This document shows, piece after piece, positions 1 to 8,975 of a stretch of 20,000 bases of DNA (position 1 is its first letter; each line of letters opens with the position of its first letter). Source of the stretch: an uncultured virus (IMG/VR IMGVR_UViG_3300009174_000005) (Duplodnaviria; Heunggongvirae; Uroviricota; Caudoviricetes); IMG/VR virus record IMGVR_UViG_3300009174_000005. One strand, written 5' to 3'. The notes below the pieces were generated by a model. It did no database searches. It worked only from the letters and a program-made list of their open reading frames with translations, and had not been told where the DNA came from. The translations under genes and the position numbers were made by a program.

Positions 1-1
1 T

Positions 2-3000
2 ATTAATTCTCAGTTATCGTCTTATTCGTCGGCGTTTAGTATTCTATCACAAGAATTTGGCGGAGTATTCACCAAAATACTGCGATTTATACAGATACTA
101 CAAGAAATACAGACGCTAAAAGAAGACATTACCTCTATCATTGGAGGTTTAACTGGATTAGGGTCTATATTCGGCGGGACTGCTACATCTACCGTAGCGA
201 ACACATCTGCAACCGTAGCTAATACAGCTGCACTAACTGCTAATACAGCAGCCGTAGGAACGTCGTCTGCAACGTCTACAGGGTCTAGCGCGGCAGGTGG
301 TTTAGGCAGCGCAGGTGGTGCAGGTGGTGCAGCTGGTGGTCTAGCTGTTGCCGCTGCAATTATAGCAGCGTACTTTGTTGGCAGTCAAATACTCAATATT
401 CGTGATAGGCATGCATTTGGCTCCCCCGGAGCCTATAGCGTACAGAACGGACAAGGGATCGAAACCGGCGAGACCGCTATAGCAGAAGCTATCAAAGCCT
501 TAGTCAAGAATTTTGAAACTCTCGCAGGTGTAACCGTAACATCACTAGATCAGATAGGTATTAAGGTACAAAATAGTGGTAAAGAGTTTCGTGCATACGT
601 AGGTGATACATTAGTAGGCACTTTTACCTCACTTCAAGAAGCTGTAGGCGTCGCGTTACAGCGGGCTTTCTCTACTGCTACTTTCTCTAAAGCGATAGAT
701 CCTGCTATAGCTGAATTAATTTCCTCCAACTATTCAACGGATTTCACACAACTAGCCGCTAATATTAAAATAGTAACAGACGCAATTAATCAAAATCTTC
801 CACAAGTAGCTGTTAACCTCAGGAAATTAAACACAGACTTTAATACGTCAATAGCAGCAGGACTTACGGTATTTCTTACTCACGCTTCAGCGGGTTTCAA
901 AGAGTTATTCTCTCTTGATTTAAAGGCGTGGGTTACTGGTATAGAGAATGTACGTGATAGTATCACAGGTCAAACACATTCCGCGTTTATTCTTTTCGAG
1001 CAGCAACGGCAGGCATTTAACGCTGAGAATGACGCACATCGCGCCTCGCTCTTAGCGCAGGTTGCAGATACAAAAGCTAAACTACTAGCTGCCGGCGTAA
1101 CAGTTGCCGCTATAGCACAGATTATGGGGGCTGTTACATCTGCACAAACAGGGCTAAAAGCAATCGCAGCCGCTAGTCAAGTTGCGGGTGGCCTCGGCAA
1201 CGGCGGGCCCGGAAACGCAGGTCTAGGTGGAGTAGGACCTGGTATAGAAGGATACGAGAATCCCGCAAATCGTCGCCCGGGGGGTGGTGGGCCTGGCGGT
1301 ACAACTGGTGCAGGTGGCCCCGGTGCTGTATCTCCTACAATTCCCGGAATCAAAGAATTTAACACCGATGATCTAAAAGCTTTACTAGCTGAATTAGTCA
1401 AAGAATTAGCCTCACTACCGGATGATATCAAGTCTTCTGAATTCAGCGGCAATACAGCATCGGTACAGTATTTTTCTAATATCCTTAAATCCACTAACGT
1501 AGATTTTCTAAGACTTGCTACTAATTTAGCCGCATCTGGTAAGTCTGCCACAGAGTTTACGTCGGACTTAAAAACAGATCTAGCTAATTATTCACTGACG
1601 CTTACAGATCAGCGCAATGCAATTACGGGCACTACTAGATCAGCTAAAGAAGAGCTAGAGATTAAAAAGCAACAGGGCGTAGCGTTTAACGCGCAATTAG
1701 CGCTAGACGAATCGAATCTACAGATAGCAATATTAAAACAAAAAGCAGATATTCTAGCGGGTGAGACTGCTAGAGCGTTAGCGGCTGCTAGTGTACAGAA
1801 TGCCCAAGCAATGGGCAACGCTGCTGTAGGGTTGGCAGGTATAACAGCCGCTGTAGCAGGTATTACAGACGCGCAGTTAGAAGCGATGAAGCAGAATTTA
1901 GCCGCTCTAGAGGGCGTGCTAGATGCATTGAATAAGATAAAACCTATTGATCCTAATGAAATTAAGCTCCCAAGCAGTAATAAGGGTGGCGGATCTACAC
2001 AGACACCAGCACAACAGCTAAAAGCCATATTTGATGCCTTTGACAAAGCGCAGCTACCACAGCTAGCGCAGCAGATTGCAGATATCAACAAAAAATGGGA
2101 CGACGCGTTAAAACTGGCAGGTAAAAATTCTGCCGCGATTCAACAGATAAACGTAGACAGAGCAAAAGAAATAGCACTATTAGAAAAGCAAGCTCGCGAC
2201 ACTGCCATAGCAAACGTTAATTCCTTCACGTCGCAAGGTGCTCCTCCAATTACTACACAAGTCACTTCTATACGCACAACAGCGCAAGGGCTAGTAGACG
2301 GGTTACGTGAGCTAAATAAAGAAGGTGCTTTATCCACTTCGCAATTACACTCTCTGGTAGCCGCTATACGAGCGGCGACTATTGCCCAAATCGATGCTAT
2401 AAAGAGATCTGTACTCGAGTCTATTGATACTTTTAGCAATACGTTGCTGAATGCAGGGTTGACAGGTACGCTAGCCGGTATTGCTAAACAAGCTGAAACG
2501 TTACGCGATTCATTAAATCAACTGGCAGCAGCAGGAACACTTACAGCACAACAATTCTTTGATGCTGCTGGTAAGTTGATAACAGCAGCGCACGCACAAG
2601 AACAAGCAGCATTCAACGATAGTGCTAATTCCCTGCTCTCTAACTTATATGGTTACTTAAAAGATGATAAGGATGCAGCAGAATTAAAATACCGTCTAAC
2701 AGTTGCAAGCTTAGAGATAGATCGGGCAAAACTCGCTCTAGCTGTCCAAATGTACCAACTGGACGGCGGTATATTGGCAATAATTGATCCACTAATAGCG
2801 AAAGTTATCGCGGCTGGCCCTGAGTTATTCGCCACTGGTAAGCCTGATACGAATTTCACAGACCCGGCTACTGTTCTGTCATTAGCTGCACAACAACAGG
2901 CAGACGCGGCTAAACTAATAGCGGATGCCGCAGCCGCGTTTAAAGCGTCTACGGATAAACTCGTAGCGTACCAACAGTCACTATTAACAAATTCAGCTTT

Positions 3001-3529
3001 ATCGCCGCTTACACCTAGTCAACAATTAGACGCGGCAAAACAACAGGTACAACAAACATACGCAGCTGGATTGTCGGGCAATATTGATGCACGTAATAAC
3101 TTTGAAACCATTGCTAATACGTTTTTAGGATTGGCACGTTCACAAAATGCATCAAATAGTTCATACGGGGTAGCTTTCCAATGGATACAGGATTTACTTA
3201 ATAATCTGATAGGTAGTAAGAATTTCCAAGTACCAGAGGCACCTAACGTAGTAGGCAGTACACAGTTCACAGGTGCAGGTGGCACTAATAACAGCAATAG
3301 TAATATAGGTAATACAGGTGGTGGCAACAACATAGGTATAGGTAGCAATGCAAGCAGAAACGCCGCTACTGATTATACGCCAATCGTAAGCGCCGTGTAT
3401 GAGCACGCTAGACAGAATCGTGAAGACAATGGAACTATATCAAGTCGGCTATCAGCACTAAACATAACTGTACAAGCTCAGCAAAATCAACTATCACGAG
3501 TACTAAGTGCAATAGAGCGTATTGCGTAA
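2..3529 (+). CDS. Tail tape measure protein, C-terminal part (5'-truncated by window)
   Basis: The frame of the 1124..3529 ORF is open without a stop back to position 2 (INSQLSSYSSAF...), giving about 1175 aa. It is Ala/Leu/Gln-rich, helical or coiled-coil. The C-terminal SALSPLTPSQQLDAAKQQ...AGLSGNIDA segment is typical of siphophage TMP ends, and tail-tip genes follow directly. Confidence 0.85.
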   Translation: MNSQLSSYSSAFSILSQEFGGVFTKILRFIQILQEIQTLKEDITSIIGGLTGLGSIFGGTATSTVANTSATVANTAALTANTAAVGTSSATSTGSSAAGGLGSAGGAGGAAGGLAVAAAIIAAYFVGSQILNIRDRHAFGSPGAYSVQNGQGIETGETAIAEAIKALVKNFETLAGVTVTSLDQIGIKVQNSGKEFRAYVGDTLVGTFTSLQEAVGVALQRAFSTATFSKAIDPAIAELISSNYSTDFTQLAANIKIVTDAINQNLPQVAVNLRKLNTDFNTSIAAGLTVFLTHASAGFKELFSLDLKAWVTGIENVRDSITGQTHSAFILFEQQRQAFNAENDAHRASLLAQVADTKAKLLAAGVTVAAIAQIMGAVTSAQTGLKAIAAASQVAGGLGNGGPGNAGLGGVGPGIEGYENPANRRPGGGGPGGTTGAGGPGAVSPTIPGIKEFNTDDLKALLAELVKELASLPDDIKSSEFSGNTASVQYFSNILKSTNVDFLRLATNLAASGKSATEFTSDLKTDLANYSLTLTDQRNAITGTTRSAKEELEIKKQQGVAFNAQLALDESNLQIAILKQKADILAGETARALAAASVQNAQAMGNAAVGLAGITAAVAGITDAQLEAMKQNLAALEGVLDALNKIKPIDPNEIKLPSSNKGGGSTQTPAQQLKAIFDAFDKAQLPQLAQQIADINKKWDDALKLAGKNSAAIQQINVDRAKEIALLEKQARDTAIANVNSFTSQGAPPITTQVTSIRTTAQGLVDGLRELNKEGALSTSQLHSLVAAIRAATIAQIDAIKRSVLESIDTFSNTLLNAGLTGTLAGIAKQAETLRDSLNQLAAAGTLTAQQFFDAAGKLITAAHAQEQAAFNDSANSLLSNLYGYLKDDKDAAELKYRLTVASLEIDRAKLALAVQMYQLDGGILAIIDPLIAKVIAAGPELFATGKPDTNFTDPATVLSLAAQQQADAAKLIADAAAAFKASTDKLVAYQQSLLTNSALSPLTPSQQLDAAKQQVQQTYAAGLSGNIDARNNFETIANTFLGLARSQNASNSSYGVAFQWIQDLLNNLIGSKNFQVPEAPNVVGSTQFTGAGGTNNSNSNIGNTGGGNNIGIGSNASRNAATDYTPIVSAVYEHARQNREDNGTISSRLSALNITVQAQQNQLSRVLSAIERIA

Positions 3530-3543
3530 GGAGGAGTATACAT

Positions 3544-5895
3544 TTGATACCAGGGGCAGATACACCAGGGACACTAGCAAAATCTGATATATCGCCTGAA
3601 TTTGACACATCTGTTTTATCACCATTAGTAGGTTTACTCGCCGATCCTACCATAGCACGTGTTTATCTTATGATCGCGTATCCTTGGGACCCTGTCACAG
3701 GCTCGACAGTACCGGTTTATTTGTCTGATTCTGAATTTCAAACAGTGCCTAGCGACAATCCATCAAATCAGGTATTCTTCCCTATTTTGCAGTCGGGGTA
3801 TAATATTCAATTTTCATTATTCGGCACAGATAGTATAACCGCTAGGCCCAAACCTGCTTACGGCGATATCACCATTATTAACTCTGACGGGTCTTACGAT
3901 AATTTAACTAGATACAGTTGGAAAGGACGGGATATAACAATATATCTAGGTCCTGCTAATGCGCCTTTCGCTTCGTTCACTGCAATATTCAAAGGCACAG
4001 CAGCTGGTTTGACTTGGAACCTTACAACTATCAACATTCAATTAGCCGATTTACAGGCGTTATTTGCAAAACCTTTACAATCAGAACTATACACACCGTC
4101 TGCGTTAAGATTCAGCAGCTCAGCTTCAGTAGGGGGGCTAGCAACTATGGCTTCTCCATCTGGCACTATGACTATAGAAGGGTGGGCTAAAGCTGGCACA
4201 TCAGCATCTACTATTAAATGGATTGCAGGGTGGAGAAATCTAGCAGCTCCAGGGGGTAGGGGCGTGTTCTTTACCACTACAGGGGCTAATAGAGTCGCGT
4301 TTGTAGTAGCCAATAACGCGGGTACGGTATTTCAAGCTGTTGACACCGTATCACAAGCAGTCAATACATGGTTTCATTATGCCGCTGTGCTAGATGTAGC
4401 GGGTGGTAATATGTATCTGTACATTAACCGTGTATTGCGTGCCACAACAGCTATATCAGGCGTGTGGACCACTACTCTACCTGTGTTAGGTATAGGCAAA
4501 TTCCCTGATACACCCGGCGGTAACTTTGACGGTGTAATATCTGAATTGCGCATATGGTCCACGGCAAGGTCGCTATCACAAATAGGCACTAACATGTATT
4601 TATCTTTCAACGGGACAGAAGCAAATCTATATGCTTACTACCCGATGCGCGAAGGTATGGGTACGACAACTATCGATAAGACTATAGGCGCGCACACTAT
4701 GACTATTGGTAACGCATCTTGGGATACTGGCGATTGGCAACAACCGGGAGTGTTAGGACAACCTAAACCTGTTACAATAGGTCAAGTACCACAACGGTTG
4801 TTACGCTTAGTAGACCCTAATGCACCAGGGTCATTAGTCTATCAAGGCCACCATAGATCAATTCAAGCGTTTGACGTTGTGTACCACGCAGGTGTTCCAC
4901 TGGTATTTAACACAGATTACACAGTAGACAATAACCGTGGATATGTATTTTTATTGTTCTCGCCTACTGGCAGAATAACAGCAGATATGCGAGGGGACAA
5001 CGTCGGTGGATACGTTTACACACGTGCTGATATCTGTCGCCGAATAGCAGTTGTATACGGAGGTTTAATCGATCCTGATCAAATTGATACAGACTCTATA
5101 GCACTTACTAACCTACAGGACTCTTCAGTGTACGAGTTCTGGTGTGACGACTCTAGATCAATAGGTGATTCATTAGATATGCTAATGGACGGCGGTTGGT
5201 GGGTATTTAATAGAACAGCAATATTCAGTATAGGTGTATTGACTGCTCCTAATGATTTTTCACAAGGACATTTAACACAGAATGACATAGTCGATAATAC
5301 GATCATTAGATTATCTACACCTGAGCCGTCAAAACGTCAACGCGTAGGATATCATAGACTAGGGCAAGTTCAAGCACCTACAGAATTAGCAGGTGCGGTA
5401 TCAGACGCTAATCGCTTAGCTTATGGACAAGAATATCAGTACGATACGTCTGGAGAGGATTTATCAATATTGACAGGATATCCACTTGCAACGGATATCC
5501 CGGTATTGACACAGCGTTACGATAAGGCATCCGCACAAGCTGAGTCACTACGTCGACAGTTGTTATATGGCGGCAGACAGGATATCTATAAGGTGACACT
5601 TGTAAACGGTTTATTTCAGTATTGGCTAGGCGACACAGTGTCACTGACTTATGTGCAAGAAGTTGCTAACCTGCCGGCCGGTGTCACACGCAAACGGTGG
5701 GATTTAAACAATAGATTATTCATCGTGATAGGTCTAGTTGAAGCTGTGAGCAGTAGCAGGGATATAGCAGACGTAATACAATTAACGTTGTGGGGTTTGC
5801 AGCCTCCGGGAAGCTTGTTAGTAGACGCTAATACTGGAGATGAATTGCTTATAGACGCTAGCACGGGAGACGTGCTATTGACAGGAGATAATTAA
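3544..5895 (+). CDS. Tail tip/hub-type minor tail protein with inserted LamG (concanavalin A-like) domain
   Basis: TTG start with a strong RBS (AAGGAGGAG, 3528-3536). Post-TMP tail-protein motifs: VYLSD..PSDNPSNQ, YGDITIINSDG, WKGRDITIYLG, GQPKPVTIGQV..LVDP..YQGH. A LamG signature spans ~4100-4730 (TIEGW, WFHYAAV, LYIN, FDGVISELRIWSTARS, LYAYYPMREG). Confidence 0.8.
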   Translation: MIPGADTPGTLAKSDISPEFDTSVLSPLVGLLADPTIARVYLMIAYPWDPVTGSTVPVYLSDSEFQTVPSDNPSNQVFFPILQSGYNIQFSLFGTDSITARPKPAYGDITIINSDGSYDNLTRYSWKGRDITIYLGPANAPFASFTAIFKGTAAGLTWNLTTINIQLADLQALFAKPLQSELYTPSALRFSSSASVGGLATMASPSGTMTIEGWAKAGTSASTIKWIAGWRNLAAPGGRGVFFTTTGANRVAFVVANNAGTVFQAVDTVSQAVNTWFHYAAVLDVAGGNMYLYINRVLRATTAISGVWTTTLPVLGIGKFPDTPGGNFDGVISELRIWSTARSLSQIGTNMYLSFNGTEANLYAYYPMREGMGTTTIDKTIGAHTMTIGNASWDTGDWQQPGVLGQPKPVTIGQVPQRLLRLVDPNAPGSLVYQGHHRSIQAFDVVYHAGVPLVFNTDYTVDNNRGYVFLLFSPTGRITADMRGDNVGGYVYTRADICRRIAVVYGGLIDPDQIDTDSIALTNLQDSSVYEFWCDDSRSIGDSLDMLMDGGWWVFNRTAIFSIGVLTAPNDFSQGHLTQNDIVDNTIIRLSTPEPSKRQRVGYHRLGQVQAPTELAGAVSDANRLAYGQEYQYDTSGEDLSILTGYPLATDIPVLTQRYDKASAQAESLRRQLLYGGRQDIYKVTLVNGLFQYWLGDTVSLTYVQEVANLPAGVTRKRWDLNNRLFIVIGLVEAVSSSRDIADVIQLTLWGLQPPGSLLVDANTGDELLIDASTGDVLLTGDN

Positions 5896-5899
5896 ACCT

Positions 5900-8116
5900 A
5901 TGAAGCTGATTATGAAGCTAATTACGAAGCTGAATAAAATCATTACCATTGTTGCCCTTGCTAGTCTGACTCTATCAACTTACACGAATATCGCACATGC
6001 ACAATCGTCAGACATCTGGTCTCTATCACACGCGACGACTGCAAGCACGATTAGAATACCTGTACAAGATGCGCCGAACGTGCGGGCTAAATATCTGACA
6101 GTCGCAGATTTGCAATATGGTCTAGCGCTGACCTCTGATACACGTTTTGGAGAAGATATATACGCTAGTACGTATGGGGCCTCTCCATCAGCATCAGCAG
6201 CTGTCAATGACGCTGCAATAACAGCCGCGTTAAGCTCTTTGCCGTCATACGGTGGAACTGTTCGTTTGCCGTGTGGTATACTGTCTGTGTCTGCTACAAT
6301 TAATATAGGTAACGCCACTACTACTAGTAAATCAACTGTAAACGGCATAACACTGACAGGTTGTGGGCCTGGTGCTGATTCAATCAACTTAGGCGCTAGT
6401 AGCGTATCAGCAGCAACTAGGCTTCAATGGTCAGGCACCACTAACGGAACGATGATGTTGATACAAGGTCCTGTAGAAGGTGTTACAGTCAAAAACTTAA
6501 TGCTAGACGCCAATTCAATAGCTGGAACTGGAATACACTCACTTAGATCATTCCATCAAGTTGTTTTAAACGTGCAAATCATACAGTGGAGACAAACTGC
6601 TATTACTATCGACGCAGATAGAGCATACTCTTGTGGGGGGTGTGGCGGTGCTGGCGCACCATTCGATCAATTATGGGAAATGGTACAAGTAGTAGACCCC
6701 GCCACTACCACGTCGTCAGCACTGGCAATAGGGGCTAATGCTAACGTAGCAACAGCTAACACTAATGAATTGTCTTTTGTCCGTTGCACATTCGAACGCG
6801 GATCGGCTTCCACTGCTTACGGTGTATGGCTTGGCAACACAGATCACGACACGTTTGTACACAGTGAATTCTTGCATAGAGGATCTACTACAGGTGCAGC
6901 AGTTGTGGTTGCGTCGCAAGTAGGTGCTACAGCCTTTCCTACTAATATTACGTTTGTTGCCACCCCTATAATAGGTGGTGTTCTCCAAGATAATACAGCG
7001 GCTACGTGGAGCAACACAATACCCGCTGTGATATTTCTGCCTTACTACACGGCAGACAGTCAACAAATACCACCTGTAGGCGCTAACTCTACCACGTTGG
7101 ATGTTAGGCTTGCCGCAGGTTTTACAGACCAAGGTATGCCGTTATCTGGGAGTGAGCAATTTACACTATCTAATAATCAAGGTATGGCAACTAATCAAGT
7201 TGCGCTAGGATTAAATGGTATTTTATTTGAAGGATCTACATCTAACTCAAGCGAAGGATTTCTAACTGTAGTAGATCCTACAGCGGATATAACATGGACC
7301 CTGCCGAATGTAAGCGGTACTATCGTAACAACCGGTGACACTGGCACTGTTACGTCAACTATGCTTGCTAATGTATTACCAGCTAATACAACATCTACGA
7401 CTAGTCAATACTTCACAGCGTATAATTCTACCACAGGCGTGTACACTAAAGCACAACCGGCTTTTAGTGATATATCTGGTACTGCTACAGGGGCGCAAAC
7501 TCCACTGGCTGTGCTATTAGCGGGAACAAGCCAAACACTAGGCTCTAGTGGTAGTGATTTTAGCTTAGGTATGGTAGGTAATGGCGCCTTATTGCGGCCT
7601 GCCACTAGCGGGGCACATATATATATACAAGCGGGTACAGCGTTATCCGGCGGCAGCGCAGCACAGTTATCATTCTCTGATATATTTGGTTCGCACATTT
7701 GGTTAGATATAGCGGCTAACGGAACGTTGACTACAGGTGCTCATATCGTCACATCCGCTGTAGCGAGTATTACTCCTACGATAGCTTGCACAGGTACAGG
7801 AACGAGCCCTAGTGCCCCTACGATAGCCGGGACAGACTTAGCTTACGTTGTCACTATAAACACTGGCACAGGGACACCAGGGAGCACAGGGACGTGCACC
7901 GTGACCTTTGGGACTGCCTACACTACCAACGCCCCCCCTACCGTCTGTATGCTCGTCAAGGGGGCCTCTACGTGGGGGAATGGTGCTACAATACAAGAGA
8001 CTACAGAGTCAACGTCTGCACCCGTTTTCACGTGGACGAATCTAGTTGGCGGAATTGCTACCGCACTTACTGTATCGACTAGTTACAAGTTCTCATGTAT
8101 ATCAATTGGGCGTTAA
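5900..8116 (+). CDS. Mosaic tailspike/receptor-binding-like protein (pectin-lyase-like beta-helix plus fibre repeats) with a predicted N-terminal signal peptide
   Basis: YGA..NDAAITAALSSL..GGTVRLPCG..VSATINI..GITLTG is the beta-helix cap (Pectate_lyase_3-like). It also has the fibre module ILFEG..LTVVDPTADITWTLPNVSGTIVTTGDTGTVTSTM and is Thr/Ser/Gly-rich. The N-terminus is basic, then hydrophobic, then AHA|Q. Confidence 0.65.
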   Translation: MKLIMKLITKLNKIITIVALASLTLSTYTNIAHAQSSDIWSLSHATTASTIRIPVQDAPNVRAKYLTVADLQYGLALTSDTRFGEDIYASTYGASPSASAAVNDAAITAALSSLPSYGGTVRLPCGILSVSATINIGNATTTSKSTVNGITLTGCGPGADSINLGASSVSAATRLQWSGTTNGTMMLIQGPVEGVTVKNLMLDANSIAGTGIHSLRSFHQVVLNVQIIQWRQTAITIDADRAYSCGGCGGAGAPFDQLWEMVQVVDPATTTSSALAIGANANVATANTNELSFVRCTFERGSASTAYGVWLGNTDHDTFVHSEFLHRGSTTGAAVVVASQVGATAFPTNITFVATPIIGGVLQDNTAATWSNTIPAVIFLPYYTADSQQIPPVGANSTTLDVRLAAGFTDQGMPLSGSEQFTLSNNQGMATNQVALGLNGILFEGSTSNSSEGFLTVVDPTADITWTLPNVSGTIVTTGDTGTVTSTMLANVLPANTTSTTSQYFTAYNSTTGVYTKAQPAFSDISGTATGAQTPLAVLLAGTSQTLGSSGSDFSLGMVGNGALLRPATSGAHIYIQAGTALSGGSAAQLSFSDIFGSHIWLDIAANGTLTTGAHIVTSAVASITPTIACTGTGTSPSAPTIAGTDLAYVVTINTGTGTPGSTGTCTVTFGTAYTTNAPPTVCMLVKGASTWGNGATIQETTESTSAPVFTWTNLVGGIATALTVSTSYKFSCISIGR

Positions 8117-8142
8117 AAATAAGTATTAAAAGGTAATCTGCA

Positions 8143-8973
8143 ATGGGCGTCCCTATCCTAGCCACACCTGTGCTGTCTGACCTATCAGTTATAACCGGTG
8201 GACCCGTAGCAGGGTCTATGCCGTTGACAAATTTGCAAACAGAGCAACCATCGCTACCTTGTAGATTTACAGATTTAACCCAAGCGTATTTCACTGTAAC
8301 ACTGCCCAATGCATATAATTTAAACTTGATAGATTTAGCTTACTCGAATGCTAGCTCTAACGCAATGGTGCGTCGCCGCGCTGCTACAAGCTTATCCGGT
8401 TTAACGTCTGCACCTGCGGTTGATATTACTTTACCATTCTGGCCTACAGCAGGTTTAGATATCGCAGGTTTTACTCGTTTCCCGCATTTAATCTACTCAT
8501 CTGCTGGTTTTGGCAATTACAAATACTGGCGCTTTGATATTCTCGACACTGGTAACGCAGCCGGATATGTGCAAATCGGCCGCTTGATATTAGCAAGTAA
8601 ATCAGCTAACACGTGTTATGAATTCCCTAGAGGTGTATCCGCCGACGGTACAATAGGTACGAATGAACCCTCAGCTAGGCTGGTATCAGGGGGAGGTCAA
8701 ATCTATCCTACGATCAGAAGTAAAACAGGACGACAGAAATTCACAGTCGTAGGCGTGAAAGAAGTAGACGTGTTAAAGACGATAGGGGGTATCCAACGCA
8801 CTAGAGGTGTAAGTAGATCTGTGTTATTTGTTAAATCTACCACAAATCCAACGTATATTGTTGAAAAATCCACGTATGGACTGCTTACTATAGCGGATAA
8901 ACCATATCGCTCATACGGCGAAGGTACGGGAATAGCATATAATATAGATGGAACAATAGAGGAGATGTCGTAA
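8143..8973 (+). CDS. Conserved minor tail protein (distal-tail/tail-tip associated)
   Basis: Motifs MPLTNLQTEQPS and YKYWRFDILDTGNAAGYVQIGRLIL are typical of the ~270-aa tail gene that accompanies the preceding hub-type gene. It lies between tail genes. Confidence 0.7.
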   Translation: MGVPILATPVLSDLSVITGGPVAGSMPLTNLQTEQPSLPCRFTDLTQAYFTVTLPNAYNLNLIDLAYSNASSNAMVRRRAATSLSGLTSAPAVDITLPFWPTAGLDIAGFTRFPHLIYSSAGFGNYKYWRFDILDTGNAAGYVQIGRLILASKSANTCYEFPRGVSADGTIGTNEPSARLVSGGGQIYPTIRSKTGRQKFTVVGVKEVDVLKTIGGIQRTRGVSRSVLFVKSTTNPTYIVEKSTYGLLTIADKPYRSYGEGTGIAYNIDGTIEEMS

Positions 8974-8975
8974 AC

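Noticed and set aside
1124..1126. ATG 1124 as the start of the tape measure protein
   Set aside because: The frame is open back to position 2, so the real start lies upstream of the window.
7861..8116. DGR variable region at the spike C-terminus
   Set aside because: No template repeat or reverse transcriptase is seen in the window, and there is no C-type-lectin-like terminal motif.
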